From a virus (taxonomy: Duplodnaviria; Caudoviricetes), in IMG/VR virus record IMGVR_UViG_3300027804_000001, positions 128,001 to 192,000 of that record: 64,000 nt of DNA; one strand, given 5' to 3'. Positions 47,901 through 57,306 of the stretch are shown here, one piece after another (position 1 is the stretch's first letter; the number at the start of each line of letters is the position of its first letter). A program made the translations under genes and the position numbers. The notes below the pieces were generated by a model. That model had not been told where the DNA came from, made no database searches, and worked only from the letters and a program-made list of their open reading frames with translations.

Positions 47901-48034
47901 GATGCACTGACCGCGTTCGATGTTGTACCACTAATCGTTGCATTTATGGTTCCTAATACGGTAAGATCCTGTCTTACCTCCATTGAGCCGGATACTGACA
48001 GGGATCCCGTTATAAATGGTTCAAATATTTTCAT
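44927..48034 (-). CDS. Tail fibre/spike protein with two Gly-X-Ser collagen-like tracts and a C-terminal Peptidase_S74-type chaperone
   Basis: C-terminal SSDERLKTNI...GYEFDW...GVIAQEVQKVLPEIV...VKYEKMIAVLIEAIKEQQ. Long (GTS/GSS/GSN)n tracts. TATTTATT upstream. Confidence 0.88.
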   Translation of the reverse strand: MKIFEPFITGSLSVSGSMEVRQDLTVLGTINATISGTTSNAVSASRAVTASFADNSNLLDGKDSTEFAITGSNLFRGNQQVSGSVDITGSLIINGTSYSAATSGTSGTSGSSGTSGTSGSSGTSGSSGTSGTSGSSGTSGTSGSSGSSGSSGSSGSSGSSGSSGTSGSSGTSGTSGSSGSSGTSGSSGSSGTSGTSGSSGSSGSSGTSGTAGTSGSSGTSGSSGTSGTSGTSGTSGSSGTSGSSGSSGTSGSSGSSGTSGTSGSSGTAGTSGSSGTSGSSGSSGSSGSSGTSGQSNSFFNYQAKTNAQNGSDPGSGFISWNNVTQSGSTSINVSDIDGLNNNIDSLVGFLQSGSTIIIQDKTSHTNYQRWRIGTPVDNTTYWTLPVTLLSNGGSSSFSNNQNILLIIASTPSGSSGTSGTSGLNGSSGTSGTSGSSGTSGSSGTSGTSGSSGSSGSSGSSGSSGTSGSSGTSGTSGSSGSSGTSGSSGTSGSSGSSGTSGSNGSSGTSGTSGSSGSSGTSGSSGSSGTSGSNGSSGTSGSSGSSGSSGTSGSSGSSGSSGTSGSSGSNGSSGTSGSSGSNGSSGTSGSSGSSGSSGTSGSSGSNGSSGTSGSSGSSGSSGTSGSSGSSGSSGTSGSSGSNGSSGTSGTSGSSGSSGSSGSSGSSGTSGSSGSSGSSGTSGSSGTAGTSGTSVSVSGTNNTLVKFTSATTVGNSTITDDGTTVTIGGNLVVSGTQTTVNSTTVNIADNIIQLNGTGATNAGLVVRDATASTLVSGSLLWNTTTDRWIAGPLGSEIEIGLISAAQTLTNKTISGASNTITNIGNSSLTNSSVTVTAGTGMSGGGAVALGSSVTLTNAGVTSISGTTNQVSVSANTGGVTLSTPQNIHTTATPTFGGLTINGGTTLNSSTTAVTGALIVGGATTSTTVGLIRASNDIIAFASSDERLKTNIEPIVGSLDKIMSIGGYEFDWIPMEGIHDNSGHDIGVIAQEVQKVLPEIVTTRDNGYMAVKYEKMIAVLIEAIKEQQKQIDEIKSKLQ
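45962..46801 (-). repeat. Gly-X-Ser repeat tract 2 (~280 aa)
   Basis: Gly at every third residue, degenerate codons, no long exact DNA unit. Confidence 0.9.
47156..47728 (-). repeat. Gly-X-Ser repeat tract 1 (~190 aa)
   Basis: Same pattern as tract 2 (GTS/GSS/GTA). Confidence 0.9.
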
Positions 48035-48101
48035 CTAGATAAATTATTTTATATCTAATAAATACTTGCTATTTGTATTCAAGTATTAAATATTTGAAAC
48101 T

Positions 48102-50219
48102 TTAGAATAAATTTTCTATTTCATCTATAACTTGTTCGGGTGTAATCTCTTTTGAACATTCAAATTGTCTATCAGTATTCTCATGAATTGGACACCAATT
48201 CCAATTACCGGGATCAAATTTATGATTGTGCCAACAACCATTACATACATCTTTATTTATAATTCTTTGAATGTTTTTAAATGGTTCTAAATAAACATCA
48301 GTAAAACCTGATATTAAAACAACAGGAATACCCGAAGACCACGCTAACCAACTCAAACCACTACTAATTCCGATAAAGAATTGGGATTCTTGTAAAACTT
48401 TTAAAATTTCTTTTGTACTACTTGGTGGTTGTTTCTTTACACCTTTAGGATGTTTGTTTCCCATGTATCCATCTTCCTCACTTGAAAGTAGTCTTACTTC
48501 ATATCCTTTTGATTTTATGTAATCGACAACTTTTTGCCATCCTTCAGGATTGTTCCAGTACTTACATTGAGAGGTTGAGTGAATAGCAATACAAACTCTT
48601 TTCTTTTTGTGTCCACCCAATGAAGGTACTTTTGGTAAAATTTCTTTGTAGTCTAACCCCAAAATATCCGATGCGATTTTCTGTAACGGTTCTTTTAGTG
48701 GATTATATGGGTGTTTATCATAGTCAACTTCGTTACCATTATAAAATAAACCTAATCTATATAGACCCAATATACCATTTACAGATGAACCAGGAGTAAC
48801 AAATTCAATATCGGGATATTGTTCTTTTAATAAATCATTGTGAAATGTTGAACAAATAACATTACACTTTTTCTGAATCCTAAATTCTTCAACATAAGGA
48901 ATAAACGCCAAGGTGTCCCCCAACGATTTTGATTCGAAACAAATGTAGAACTTGTTATTTTGTGGGTTAAATTCATGGTAACTATCGTAGTCATTATCTA
49001 CACCCTTAATTCGAATCAACCAATCAACATAGTATTTTGTTGAGGGTTTACACCACTGATTATTACTCAATATAGTTTGATAAACAATCTGATTATTTTT
49101 CTTATTTATAAATTGGATATTATATTTGTATGGAACGGTATCCAATATCTCAACAAATGGACCATCGACAAAGTGAATATTAAATTTTCTATTAGATTCT
49201 TTATTCTTCCAATCTAATATATTCTTTCTTTTAAACTCAGATAACTCCTCTTTTAATAGTTGGGTGAATACCTCAATTCCTTGGTAAAAAACTCTAACGG
49301 TTTCATTTTTAACATAGTCACCCAATAATTCTAAATGATATTCACCCCTTTTTACTGTATAAAAGAATTTTCTATCTCCATAGTTTACTTCACATAGATA
49401 ATCCTTGTCAGCGGGTTTTTCAGAAAACCCCGATACGAAATGAATATATAGTTTATTGTTATGGTCTACAGCCAAATAAGTTTGGAAAATTGCACCGTTT
49501 TTAAGAATACCATTTCTATTCCATGCTGCATATATATTTAATTCATTATCATTAGGAATATACTTACTTACAAAAACACTATTTGTAATTTTTCTTAATG
49601 TTTGATAGAATACTCTTTCTAACTGCCAACCATTTGGTCTGTTCTTAAAATATTCTTCTTTTGAATTAACTTGATTGATGACAGATAATGCAACATCGGT
49701 TTTTATGGAGAATATAAAAGTTGATGAATATGGTGGGTTTTCATTTGTTGAATTTTTTTGGTATTCGTATACAACCGCATCATGACTTCTGACATATTCC
49801 ATAAACGCTTGTCTATATTGTACCTCATCAGGAATATTATCATATTCTAAAAAGTGAATATATTTCTTGTTAAGTTGTTTTGCCAAATTAAAAGCGTTCT
49901 TCATCGTCAACCAAATGGCATAGTCATGGTGAAAGTCTAGTTTATTGAATACTTTATAGTCATTCATTATGGTCCACCTATCACTTACGACACCATATTC
50001 TTCAAAATCTTTTTCTAACAATAAATCATTATTCTTATCGAAAATAAAATAATCTACTTGTTTTTGTATTTCAGGTTTTACGGGATAGTGTCCACACAGA
50101 ATTATTGGAACATTAAATGTTTTTATTCTTTCTAATAAATTAAGTAATGTTCTTTCTTTTTCTTCGGTATCTAACCAACAGTCAACTACAAATATATCTT
50201 CATTAAAACTATAACCCAT
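48102..50219 (-). CDS. Aah/TibC-type (BAHT) protein O-glycosyltransferase fused to an N-terminal GT-A-like domain
   Basis: WCKPSTKYYV, FESKSLGDT, HSTSQCKYWNN, FIGISSGLSWLAW and four Fe-binding-type Cys (CNGC...WCP...EC). The N-terminal ~340 aa contain FLEYD. Confidence 0.8.
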   Translation of the reverse strand: MGYSFNEDIFVVDCWLDTEEKERTLLNLLERIKTFNVPIILCGHYPVKPEIQKQVDYFIFDKNNDLLLEKDFEEYGVVSDRWTIMNDYKVFNKLDFHHDYAIWLTMKNAFNLAKQLNKKYIHFLEYDNIPDEVQYRQAFMEYVRSHDAVVYEYQKNSTNENPPYSSTFIFSIKTDVALSVINQVNSKEEYFKNRPNGWQLERVFYQTLRKITNSVFVSKYIPNDNELNIYAAWNRNGILKNGAIFQTYLAVDHNNKLYIHFVSGFSEKPADKDYLCEVNYGDRKFFYTVKRGEYHLELLGDYVKNETVRVFYQGIEVFTQLLKEELSEFKRKNILDWKNKESNRKFNIHFVDGPFVEILDTVPYKYNIQFINKKNNQIVYQTILSNNQWCKPSTKYYVDWLIRIKGVDNDYDSYHEFNPQNNKFYICFESKSLGDTLAFIPYVEEFRIQKKCNVICSTFHNDLLKEQYPDIEFVTPGSSVNGILGLYRLGLFYNGNEVDYDKHPYNPLKEPLQKIASDILGLDYKEILPKVPSLGGHKKKRVCIAIHSTSQCKYWNNPEGWQKVVDYIKSKGYEVRLLSSEEDGYMGNKHPKGVKKQPPSSTKEILKVLQESQFFIGISSGLSWLAWSSGIPVVLISGFTDVYLEPFKNIQRIINKDVCNGCWHNHKFDPGNWNWCPIHENTDRQFECSKEITPEQVIDEIENLF

Positions 50220-50878
50220 TATCTTTTTGTTAATATAATAATTCCATTTAGGAAGTTTATTGATTCAATGTCTACTAAACATCCTGGTTGTGTTTTCATC
50301 GATAAAGATGTTAACCAATCCTCTCTTCTGGCATGTACATTAGGTGCCTCAAAATTCATTAATCCTCTAAAATTAACATCATCAACCAAGGATTTGAATG
50401 TTTCGATGCTTGTAGTTGGTTTTAAATAACCACCTTCGTAATCCTCCCAATACGCAGTACCACAATCTTCAATGATATAAACTCCACCAGGTTTTACGTT
50501 ATTCCACAAATATTGGAAGGAATAAACAACATGTGAATTCATATGTGACCCATCATCCAAAATCATATCAAATGGTCCATATTTTAATTTAATTTCTTTT
50601 AAAAATTCACTATCTGCTTGTGATCCGATTTCAACTGAAACTCTTTCTTCCACATATTGTTTACAATCAGGATTGATGTCGATTCCTATTATTTTGGAAC
50701 GGTAAAAATATTCTTTCCACGATTTTAACGATTTACCATTAAGAACTCCAATTTCTAAAATGTTTAATTCATCATATCTATTAAATGGTAGATATTTTTC
50801 ATACTTAACACAATAATTGTGTATATCGGAACTTTTATCTGTTCCGTGTGATTGTGCAATTTTATTTAGTGTACTCAT
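50219..50878 (-). CDS. Class I SAM-dependent O-methyltransferase
   Basis: GTDKSS..HNY, LEIGV, LDDGSH and GGVYIIED. Confidence 0.8.
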   Translation of the reverse strand: MSTLNKIAQSHGTDKSSDIHNYCVKYEKYLPFNRYDELNILEIGVLNGKSLKSWKEYFYRSKIIGIDINPDCKQYVEERVSVEIGSQADSEFLKEIKLKYGPFDMILDDGSHMNSHVVYSFQYLWNNVKPGGVYIIEDCGTAYWEDYEGGYLKPTTSIETFKSLVDDVNFRGLMNFEAPNVHARREDWLTSLSMKTQPGCLVDIESINFLNGIIILTKR

Positions 50879-53601
50879 CTTGTAAAATATATCATTTGTA
50901 AAGCATTATTTGAACCCATAAACATAAGATATGAATTGAATCCAAGTATAGTCATTCTGTTTATTAATTTCTGTCTTAAATTATCATCATAATTGAAATG
51001 TGAATGATGGTATTCCATTGATATGGTTTTAACTTTCATTAAATTTTCATCACTAATACCTGCAAGTGCATGATGTTCGGCACCTTCAATGTCAACTTTA
51101 AGAAAATCAATCCTATCTATTAAACCCGTTTCAAATAGATAATTTAATGTATATGTTCTTACATTATATGTTTTTGCATTTTCTTGTGTACCAAATAAAT
51201 TTGATCCACCTAAATGTGTACTTTCATATAATGTCATTTCACCAATTTCATTACTTGCTGCACCGTTAAATAAAATAGAACGTGGATCCGCGTTTAATGA
51301 AAGTAATTTAAAATATCTTCTATCAGGTTCAAATGAAATTACTTTACTTGCACCTTGATTATATGCCCATCTATTAAACACACCGATATTCCCACCTAAA
51401 TCCACAACAATATCTCCCTCATTAATTCTTTTTTCTCTTTCTTTATAATAATCTCTTAAGTTAAAAATTTCATGAAATATCGCGGGTGCCCATCCAAATT
51501 TTTCAGCTACTTGAATGGTGCTAGCTTCGTATTCAAATAAATTCTCAAAGTTTTCTAATTTATAAACATCCGTATAAAAACACATTGATTTATAAAATGA
51601 TTTGTCTCTTTGCATTTTAATGAATTCAATCATTCTATCTGATATCTCCGCATTTTTGTTTCCGTGAAAATAAATTATGTCAGATTTATCTTTAGGGATA
51701 TATTGATACCCGAATATTCTATTAAAATTTTGTGGACCTTCTTCATTCCAAAATTTATAAAACTGATGTAAAGTTCTGTCGATAAATCCTTCATCCCCAT
51801 CATAAGAAGATGTGTCAAAGTTTGAAAGTGGTAAATGATTGGTATAACCGTACTTCCATCTCATTGCATTATCAATACCTTCATCATTCCACAAATAAAG
51901 TCTTTTATAATCTTTGGGGTTATTTTTCATTATTGTTTCATAATGATTTATAATTTCTTCGAACCAAGATTTGGAGTTATTGTTATAAATGTAAAAACAA
52001 ACGTGTGCGTATGGATTACCTTTTTTGATTTCCCACTCATTACTTAATTGTTCATTAAATAATTGTGATTTGTTACCATTATCATACATTCCAAAAAATT
52101 CTTCTTGTACGTGAATATCAGATAATGGATAATGACCGACTTTATTAAAATATTTTCTAACAGTATCAATATTATGATTAACAACAACATCACCATCAAT
52201 CCATATAAAGTATTCAAAATCTTCTTTCAAAGATTCAGTACAAGCATGTTGTTTCCAATACCATTTATCGTGTTCAGATATTTTTGGTGGATTTATGGTT
52301 CTCTTTATAATATTCGGATAATCAAATGGAACGTCACAATCCACACCATACACAATAATTTTTTGTTCTGAAAACTCTAATAATGATTGAACTAACTTTT
52401 CAATTACCGGCATATACCCAAGATTACCCGTTGTTACAAAGGCAAATGGTTTCTTATTTCTTGTTAATATATCAGATGCACCTTTTGCAATGGTGTCCCA
52501 ATTAAAGTTTTTATGTATATCTTTTGCGTCACTAACTGATTTAACCCACATTGCGGTATTATAATCATATGACTGTCTCATCTTAAATTTTAAATCCTCC
52601 CAATCTGGCTCACAATACTCACCAGGCCATTCCTTATGTTCAATATTTGCGGGTCTTAATCCTTTAATTGCAACTGGTACACCCTTACCTTCCGCAAATT
52701 GTAATTGTCCCCCCCAATCTGAATATATTGACGGTGTTCCACACGCCATTGCCTCAATTAAAGGTAAATTCCATCCTTCACTTCTTGCGCACGATACGAA
52801 TACATGTGCGGTTTGTAAATAATTTACATATTGTTCTCTCGACGGAAAATTTAAAAACTTAATATTCTTAGTGTCAATACCATAATGTTTAACTCTTTCT
52901 TCCGTTGAATTCATACCGTCATATGGATATGGATTTTCAACAGATGCTAAAAGTTCAACATCGTCAACATCTTTAAATTCTTCCGCAAAGGCTTGTAAAA
53001 TTTCAGTAGTACCTTTTCTATAATCCCATCTACCAAAATGAACAAACCTAACCTTTTCTCTTTTTGGAAATTTTTTAATTGGTTTAAATACATCAACATC
53101 AACACCTTCGGGTACAATAAAAATTCTTTCTTTTGGATACCCTTGTTCCACCAAACAATCAAATTGCCATTGAGTAGGAACCCATACCTCATCAAAGTAA
53201 AAAAGTCTCTTAAAAAATTCATCAGGATATCTAGTTGATTCCCAAACATTATATGCAATCTTATATCCAACATAATCTTCATAGAAATAATGATTATTAG
53301 TTTCCATTAAAACTATGTGTACATCCGGAACAAAATCACCTTTGTAATCATACATCGGTTCATCTACTCTTCCATTACCATCGGATCTATGTAATGTTTG
53401 TAGAATTAACATGTCCTCCATATCTTTGGTAAAATATGATTCACCATCGTGAGGACGATTATTCATTCCCTTCCAACTATTTCCAATTGTAAGGTTTCGT
53501 ATTTTTACTGTATGGTACTTATTGAGAGCACGGAAAAATGATCTTGAATGATTCGCATATCCCGTTGTACCTATAAATGGGGCGTGTCCTAATATCTTCA
53601 T
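50875..53601 (-). CDS. Three-domain fusion: GT4, GT-A (DxD) and FkbM methyltransferase
   Basis: GTTGYANH / FGRWDYRKG / EGWNLPLIEAMACGTP (GT4); WIDGD / NDEG / FHGNK (GT-A); VDLGGNIG / FLKVDIEG (FkbM). Confidence 0.8.
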   Translation of the reverse strand: MKILGHAPFIGTTGYANHSRSFFRALNKYHTVKIRNLTIGNSWKGMNNRPHDGESYFTKDMEDMLILQTLHRSDGNGRVDEPMYDYKGDFVPDVHIVLMETNNHYFYEDYVGYKIAYNVWESTRYPDEFFKRLFYFDEVWVPTQWQFDCLVEQGYPKERIFIVPEGVDVDVFKPIKKFPKREKVRFVHFGRWDYRKGTTEILQAFAEEFKDVDDVELLASVENPYPYDGMNSTEERVKHYGIDTKNIKFLNFPSREQYVNYLQTAHVFVSCARSEGWNLPLIEAMACGTPSIYSDWGGQLQFAEGKGVPVAIKGLRPANIEHKEWPGEYCEPDWEDLKFKMRQSYDYNTAMWVKSVSDAKDIHKNFNWDTIAKGASDILTRNKKPFAFVTTGNLGYMPVIEKLVQSLLEFSEQKIIVYGVDCDVPFDYPNIIKRTINPPKISEHDKWYWKQHACTESLKEDFEYFIWIDGDVVVNHNIDTVRKYFNKVGHYPLSDIHVQEEFFGMYDNGNKSQLFNEQLSNEWEIKKGNPYAHVCFYIYNNNSKSWFEEIINHYETIMKNNPKDYKRLYLWNDEGIDNAMRWKYGYTNHLPLSNFDTSSYDGDEGFIDRTLHQFYKFWNEEGPQNFNRIFGYQYIPKDKSDIIYFHGNKNAEISDRMIEFIKMQRDKSFYKSMCFYTDVYKLENFENLFEYEASTIQVAEKFGWAPAIFHEIFNLRDYYKEREKRINEGDIVVDLGGNIGVFNRWAYNQGASKVISFEPDRRYFKLLSLNADPRSILFNGAASNEIGEMTLYESTHLGGSNLFGTQENAKTYNVRTYTLNYLFETGLIDRIDFLKVDIEGAEHHALAGISDENLMKVKTISMEYHHSHFNYDDNLRQKLINRMTILGFNSYLMFMGSNNALQMIYFTR

Positions 53602-53634
53602 TAAAACATAATATAATGAAAAATACTATGAAAA

Positions 53635-54207
53635 TCAAATCAATTTCTTATCTTTTGTGAAATATTTTGAACCATATGGAAAGGGGATATCACTTTGCAA
53701 TTCGAATATATTCTTCAATTTCTCTATTCCATTTTCATAATACAAATGTTCATATGAAATGGTTGGCAAATCGTTTTGATTTGCAAAATCAATGAGGGTC
53801 TTTTTATTAAATTCTACCTCCTCTTTGAATTTATCATAATCTTCCTTAACAAACACTCTGTCCACATCTTTTTGTGTATAGTTATGATGATATCGATTCT
53901 CTTTACTTGAATACATGTGTGAGATGGTTTGTTCGTGTGTGTTTTCCCTATAAAGACAAAGAATCTTTGTACTTAATTTTAAAATCATACTGTAATTTTG
54001 TTCGGGATACCATAACTCTTTAATGAAATATTTTTTGTTTTCTAACCAGTCAAAGTCCTGTAAGGTTGTATCATTTGTGTAAATGTTAAAATCTGAATTA
54101 AATGGTTCATGAATTACAATGAATTCATTATTAAGTGATTGTTTTATCCAGTTCATTAGATTTTGACCACCAGTTCTATATTGTGCTATAATGGTATATA
54201 ATGTCAT
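53635..54207 (-). CDS. Sulfotransferase-like protein
   Basis: QYRTGGQNL (PAPS loop-like), HEPF, LYRE and ISYEHL. The protein ends KKLI. Confidence 0.55.
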   Translation of the reverse strand: MTLYTIIAQYRTGGQNLMNWIKQSLNNEFIVIHEPFNSDFNIYTNDTTLQDFDWLENKKYFIKELWYPEQNYSMILKLSTKILCLYRENTHEQTISHMYSSKENRYHHNYTQKDVDRVFVKEDYDKFKEEVEFNKKTLIDFANQNDLPTISYEHLYYENGIEKLKNIFELQSDIPFPYGSKYFTKDKKLI

Positions 54208-55274
54208 TATATCATAGTTTTTTTCATATCTAAAAACTCGTGTAGATTATGAAACACAAATGGGTCCTTGGCAACTTTATTAAATTCAATAAGAAAATCA
54301 TTATGATTAGGATGATTAACATCCCATACTTTTAAAAACTCAAATTGTTCATGTGTAAAAGTGCCCCAATTATTTATCTTACCATAAAAAACTTTTGTTT
54401 TCATACCAAAGATACTTTTCATTTGTTCTAAAAAAATACCCATTTCTTTATAGTTAGATTGTTGAACCACAAATGATGTTTTAACTTTTTTCATTTTAGG
54501 TATTGTGGCAATAAATTTAAGATTGGAAATTAAATTTTCCCATTCCCCATTTAATCTAGTTACATTCTCATATGTTTCTTTTGTACCCGCATCTATACTG
54601 ATTTCACATGTTAACACATAAGGATGAATATTTATCATTGATTCCCACATTTCTTTATTCCATAAACTTGCATTAGTATGTAGGTGTATATTTTTAAGTT
54701 TTGGGTACTTCTTAGGATTAAAGTTTCTAAGATAGTTTCTGTATGATACCGATGCAAATGGATCCGCGGTACCCGAACAATAAATTGTTTCTATTGAATT
54801 TGAGAAGGCTTCCTCCATTTCTTCGATTGTGGAATTAATTCTATTAATACCTTCCGAATTTGCAACAATCATTTTAACTCTACAAGATGGACATTTATAA
54901 TTACAAGTTCTATCAAAAGACATTTGTAATATTGTGGGACCATGTTCCATATGTGATTCCTTTTTTTCATAATGTTCTTTAATATAATCAGGTAAATTTT
55001 CAATTTTTTGTATGGGACCTGATGAGTCCATGTTGTAATTTAATAATTGAGCCAAAAATGGACATTGGGTTTTATCACAAAATCTATAGGAACCATCCAT
55101 CACCGATTCTCTAATTTCTATTGCCTCTTTACTATTCCATAAGTCTTTCAATGGAATTTTGTTTGGTAATTCCTTAGTCAACCAACTTGCACAACACATA
55201 AAATTTTTATTTTCATGTATTTCAACTGCTTGAAATGGAACAGTACAAACGTAATTCTTTAAATCAATATCCAT
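54207..55274 (-). CDS. Radical SAM protein with N-terminal SPASM/twitch-like domain
   Basis: CNYKCPSC (CxxxCxxC), CTVPF..CC..DLWNS, SGTADPF and HTNA. The protein ends KTMI. Confidence 0.85.
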   Translation of the reverse strand: MDIDLKNYVCTVPFQAVEIHENKNFMCCASWLTKELPNKIPLKDLWNSKEAIEIRESVMDGSYRFCDKTQCPFLAQLLNYNMDSSGPIQKIENLPDYIKEHYEKKESHMEHGPTILQMSFDRTCNYKCPSCRVKMIVANSEGINRINSTIEEMEEAFSNSIETIYCSGTADPFASVSYRNYLRNFNPKKYPKLKNIHLHTNASLWNKEMWESMINIHPYVLTCEISIDAGTKETYENVTRLNGEWENLISNLKFIATIPKMKKVKTSFVVQQSNYKEMGIFLEQMKSIFGMKTKVFYGKINNWGTFTHEQFEFLKVWDVNHPNHNDFLIEFNKVAKDPFVFHNLHEFLDMKKTMI

Positions 55275-55277
55275 ATT

Positions 55278-55766
55278 TTATAATATAGTTCTTTTTTTAT
55301 TTAATCTCAATCTATTTTCTCCTTTGGGATTAAACAAATCTTCATAATATGTTATAGATATTCCTGTAATATTAGACAATTCTCTTAATTGTATGTCCCA
55401 ATTGATAATATCATTTTTACATTCTTCAAAAACGTTTATTGGGACTTCTTCATATACATATGGATTATTTGAATTGTATTTTTTTGTTTTAGAATAAAAA
55501 GTTTGATATGAGTGTGACTCTATACATTCCCCAATATTTTTTCTTGTTAAAAGAATTACCTCATCAAAATTTTTTAATAATTCTAAATTGTTTGGGTGGT
55601 GGGATACTATTGTTTTTACTACAATATTATCTTCGTCCTTTTTATATTGGATTCTATTTGTACCATCAAAGGGTTCAAACAAAGGTTTTAGATTTTTTTC
55701 CTTCGAAATTTTTTTTAGTAATGACGTAGATCCCGTTCTTGGTAAAGAAATTATGAGGATTCTCAT
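55278..55766 (-). CDS. Sulfotransferase-like protein
   Basis: SLPRTGSTSL, FEPF, LTRKN and TYYEDL. The protein ends KRTIL. Confidence 0.6.
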   Translation of the reverse strand: MRILIISLPRTGSTSLLKKISKEKNLKPLFEPFDGTNRIQYKKDEDNIVVKTIVSHHPNNLELLKNFDEVILLTRKNIGECIESHSYQTFYSKTKKYNSNNPYVYEEVPINVFEECKNDIINWDIQLRELSNITGISITYYEDLFNPKGENRLRLNKKRTIL

Positions 55767-56317
55767 AATAATTTTTTCGTTTTATCTATTTTATAATATA
55801 CAAAGTTAGTATCATTCATCCATATGTTTAAAGCACATCTTAATCCAAAATTAACAGGCATAACACCATGATAAGTTTTGTTACCTTCGAAAGTTATACC
55901 CTCACCAATATTTAAATGTTGAATAACTTCTGAATCCTTTAGATTCACAAATTTGGGGGACAAACAAAAATCCCCATCCTCATAACCATCAGTCAACGAA
56001 ATAACAGTAGTATAGTTCGATGTTGAGTCTAAATGTAAATCCAAAAACCTACCCTCATAGTATCTTGTTAAACTAACATTTATGTTTGTTAAATTAAAAG
56101 AATTAAAATCAAACCAAAAGGAAATTGAACCCTGTTTATATAAACTATTTATATTATTTAATATCTTTTTTTTGAAGTCCTCATCATAAATCCTTCTACA
56201 ATCCCATGTTGTTTGTTCAAAATCATAATATGAAAAAGTTTCACCTTTTTCCATTGCAAAATCTATTATTGATTTACATTCTTCACGAGTAAAAAATTTA
56301 TTTATGGAATAATTCAT
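55763..56317 (-). CDS. 2OG-Fe(II) oxygenase (prolyl-4-hydroxylase-like)
   Basis: LHLD, YHGV and R-x-A. The protein ends KKLL. Confidence 0.8.
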   Translation of the reverse strand: MNYSINKFFTREECKSIIDFAMEKGETFSYYDFEQTTWDCRRIYDEDFKKKILNNINSLYKQGSISFWFDFNSFNLTNINVSLTRYYEGRFLDLHLDSTSNYTTVISLTDGYEDGDFCLSPKFVNLKDSEVIQHLNIGEGITFEGNKTYHGVMPVNFGLRCALNIWMNDTNFVYYKIDKTKKLL

Positions 56318-57135
56318 AATAATAATGAATAAGGTTCTTTTAAATTATAACCCAATAAATTGTTTTTTTGAATAAAATCGTAAATTTCTTCTGCAATTAA
56401 TTTATAACCATTTTTATTAGGATGTTTACCTAATTGAGATTCTGTAAAATGTGAGTTATCTTCCCATACATTTTTTCTGTTCGTTTCAATTAATAAATCT
56501 CTAAATGTTCTATTCTCAAATCCCCAATAATGTTTTCTATTTATTAGATTTGTTTTATCTATTTCTTGATTGATTGGATTTTTTATTAATGAATCAAAAG
56601 CATCACAAAACATATACCTTATTCCCATCTCATTGAACATATGTTGTAGGTAAAAAATATAATTTTGATTTATAATATTGTAATATGTGTCACAATAAAG
56701 ATTTGTTAGGTAGAATTCTTTGTAACTTAAACTCGCCCTATCAAATATTACGTTATTTTCTATTGTTTTATTAAAAATTGGTGTATAAATGTGTTTCTTA
56801 CTTTTATATCTTTCTCCCCAAAAATGCCACTCCCCCTTTGGGAAAAATGGAACATCATCCCTTAAAAAGGATGTCCACATTATTACAATAAAATCTCCTC
56901 GATTTATTTGATTGGATTTTAAACAATGTGAAACGGTCTCAAATATAATGTTATTTGATGCTCCTCCAATACCATTGTTAATGAATTCAACATTTAAAAT
57001 TTCTGAAAGATATCTTGGCCAACAAAACTCTTGTCTTATTTTAGTTCTTTCTTCTGGTGTATCATATTCGAGTTCTTTATTTGAATCCCCGCCAACACCT
57101 TCAGTCCAACTATCTCCAAATGTAAATAATCTCAT
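56314..57135 (-). CDS. SGNH-like protein
   Basis: TFGDSWTEG, NNGIGGASN and KHPNKNG. The protein ends YSLLL. Confidence 0.6.
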   Translation of the reverse strand: MRLFTFGDSWTEGVGGDSNKELEYDTPEERTKIRQEFCWPRYLSEILNVEFINNGIGGASNNIIFETVSHCLKSNQINRGDFIVIMWTSFLRDDVPFFPKGEWHFWGERYKSKKHIYTPIFNKTIENNVIFDRASLSYKEFYLTNLYCDTYYNIINQNYIFYLQHMFNEMGIRYMFCDAFDSLIKNPINQEIDKTNLINRKHYWGFENRTFRDLLIETNRKNVWEDNSHFTESQLGKHPNKNGYKLIAEEIYDFIQKNNLLGYNLKEPYSLLL

Positions 57136-57141
57136 TATGCA

Positions 57142-57279
57142 TTATTGCAAGTGTTTTGCTTTTATTGCATTAATTACCGATTGTACCGCAGTTGATATTT
57201 TTGTTTTAACACCATTTGAAATTGGTGCAATTGTTGGTTTTATAACTTGAGCGGGTCTTTCTGTTCTGATTGTTGACAT
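57142..57279 (-). CDS. Small basic protein, 45 aa (not in ORF track)
   Basis: Manual translation MSTIRTERPAQVIKPTIAPISNGVKTKISTAVQSVINAIKAKHLQ*. Confidence 0.65.
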   Translation of the reverse strand: MSTIRTERPAQVIKPTIAPISNGVKTKISTAVQSVINAIKAKHLQ

Positions 57280-57306
57280 AACTTAAATATTTTTATAATT
57301 TTGATT

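Noticed and set aside
35753-53601. Bacterial capsule/LPS locus or prophage in a host chromosome
   Set aside because: No wzx/wzy/wza/priming transferase, no housekeeping synteny and no integrase. The GTs flank a phage tail fibre and are interspersed with typical phage small ORFs.
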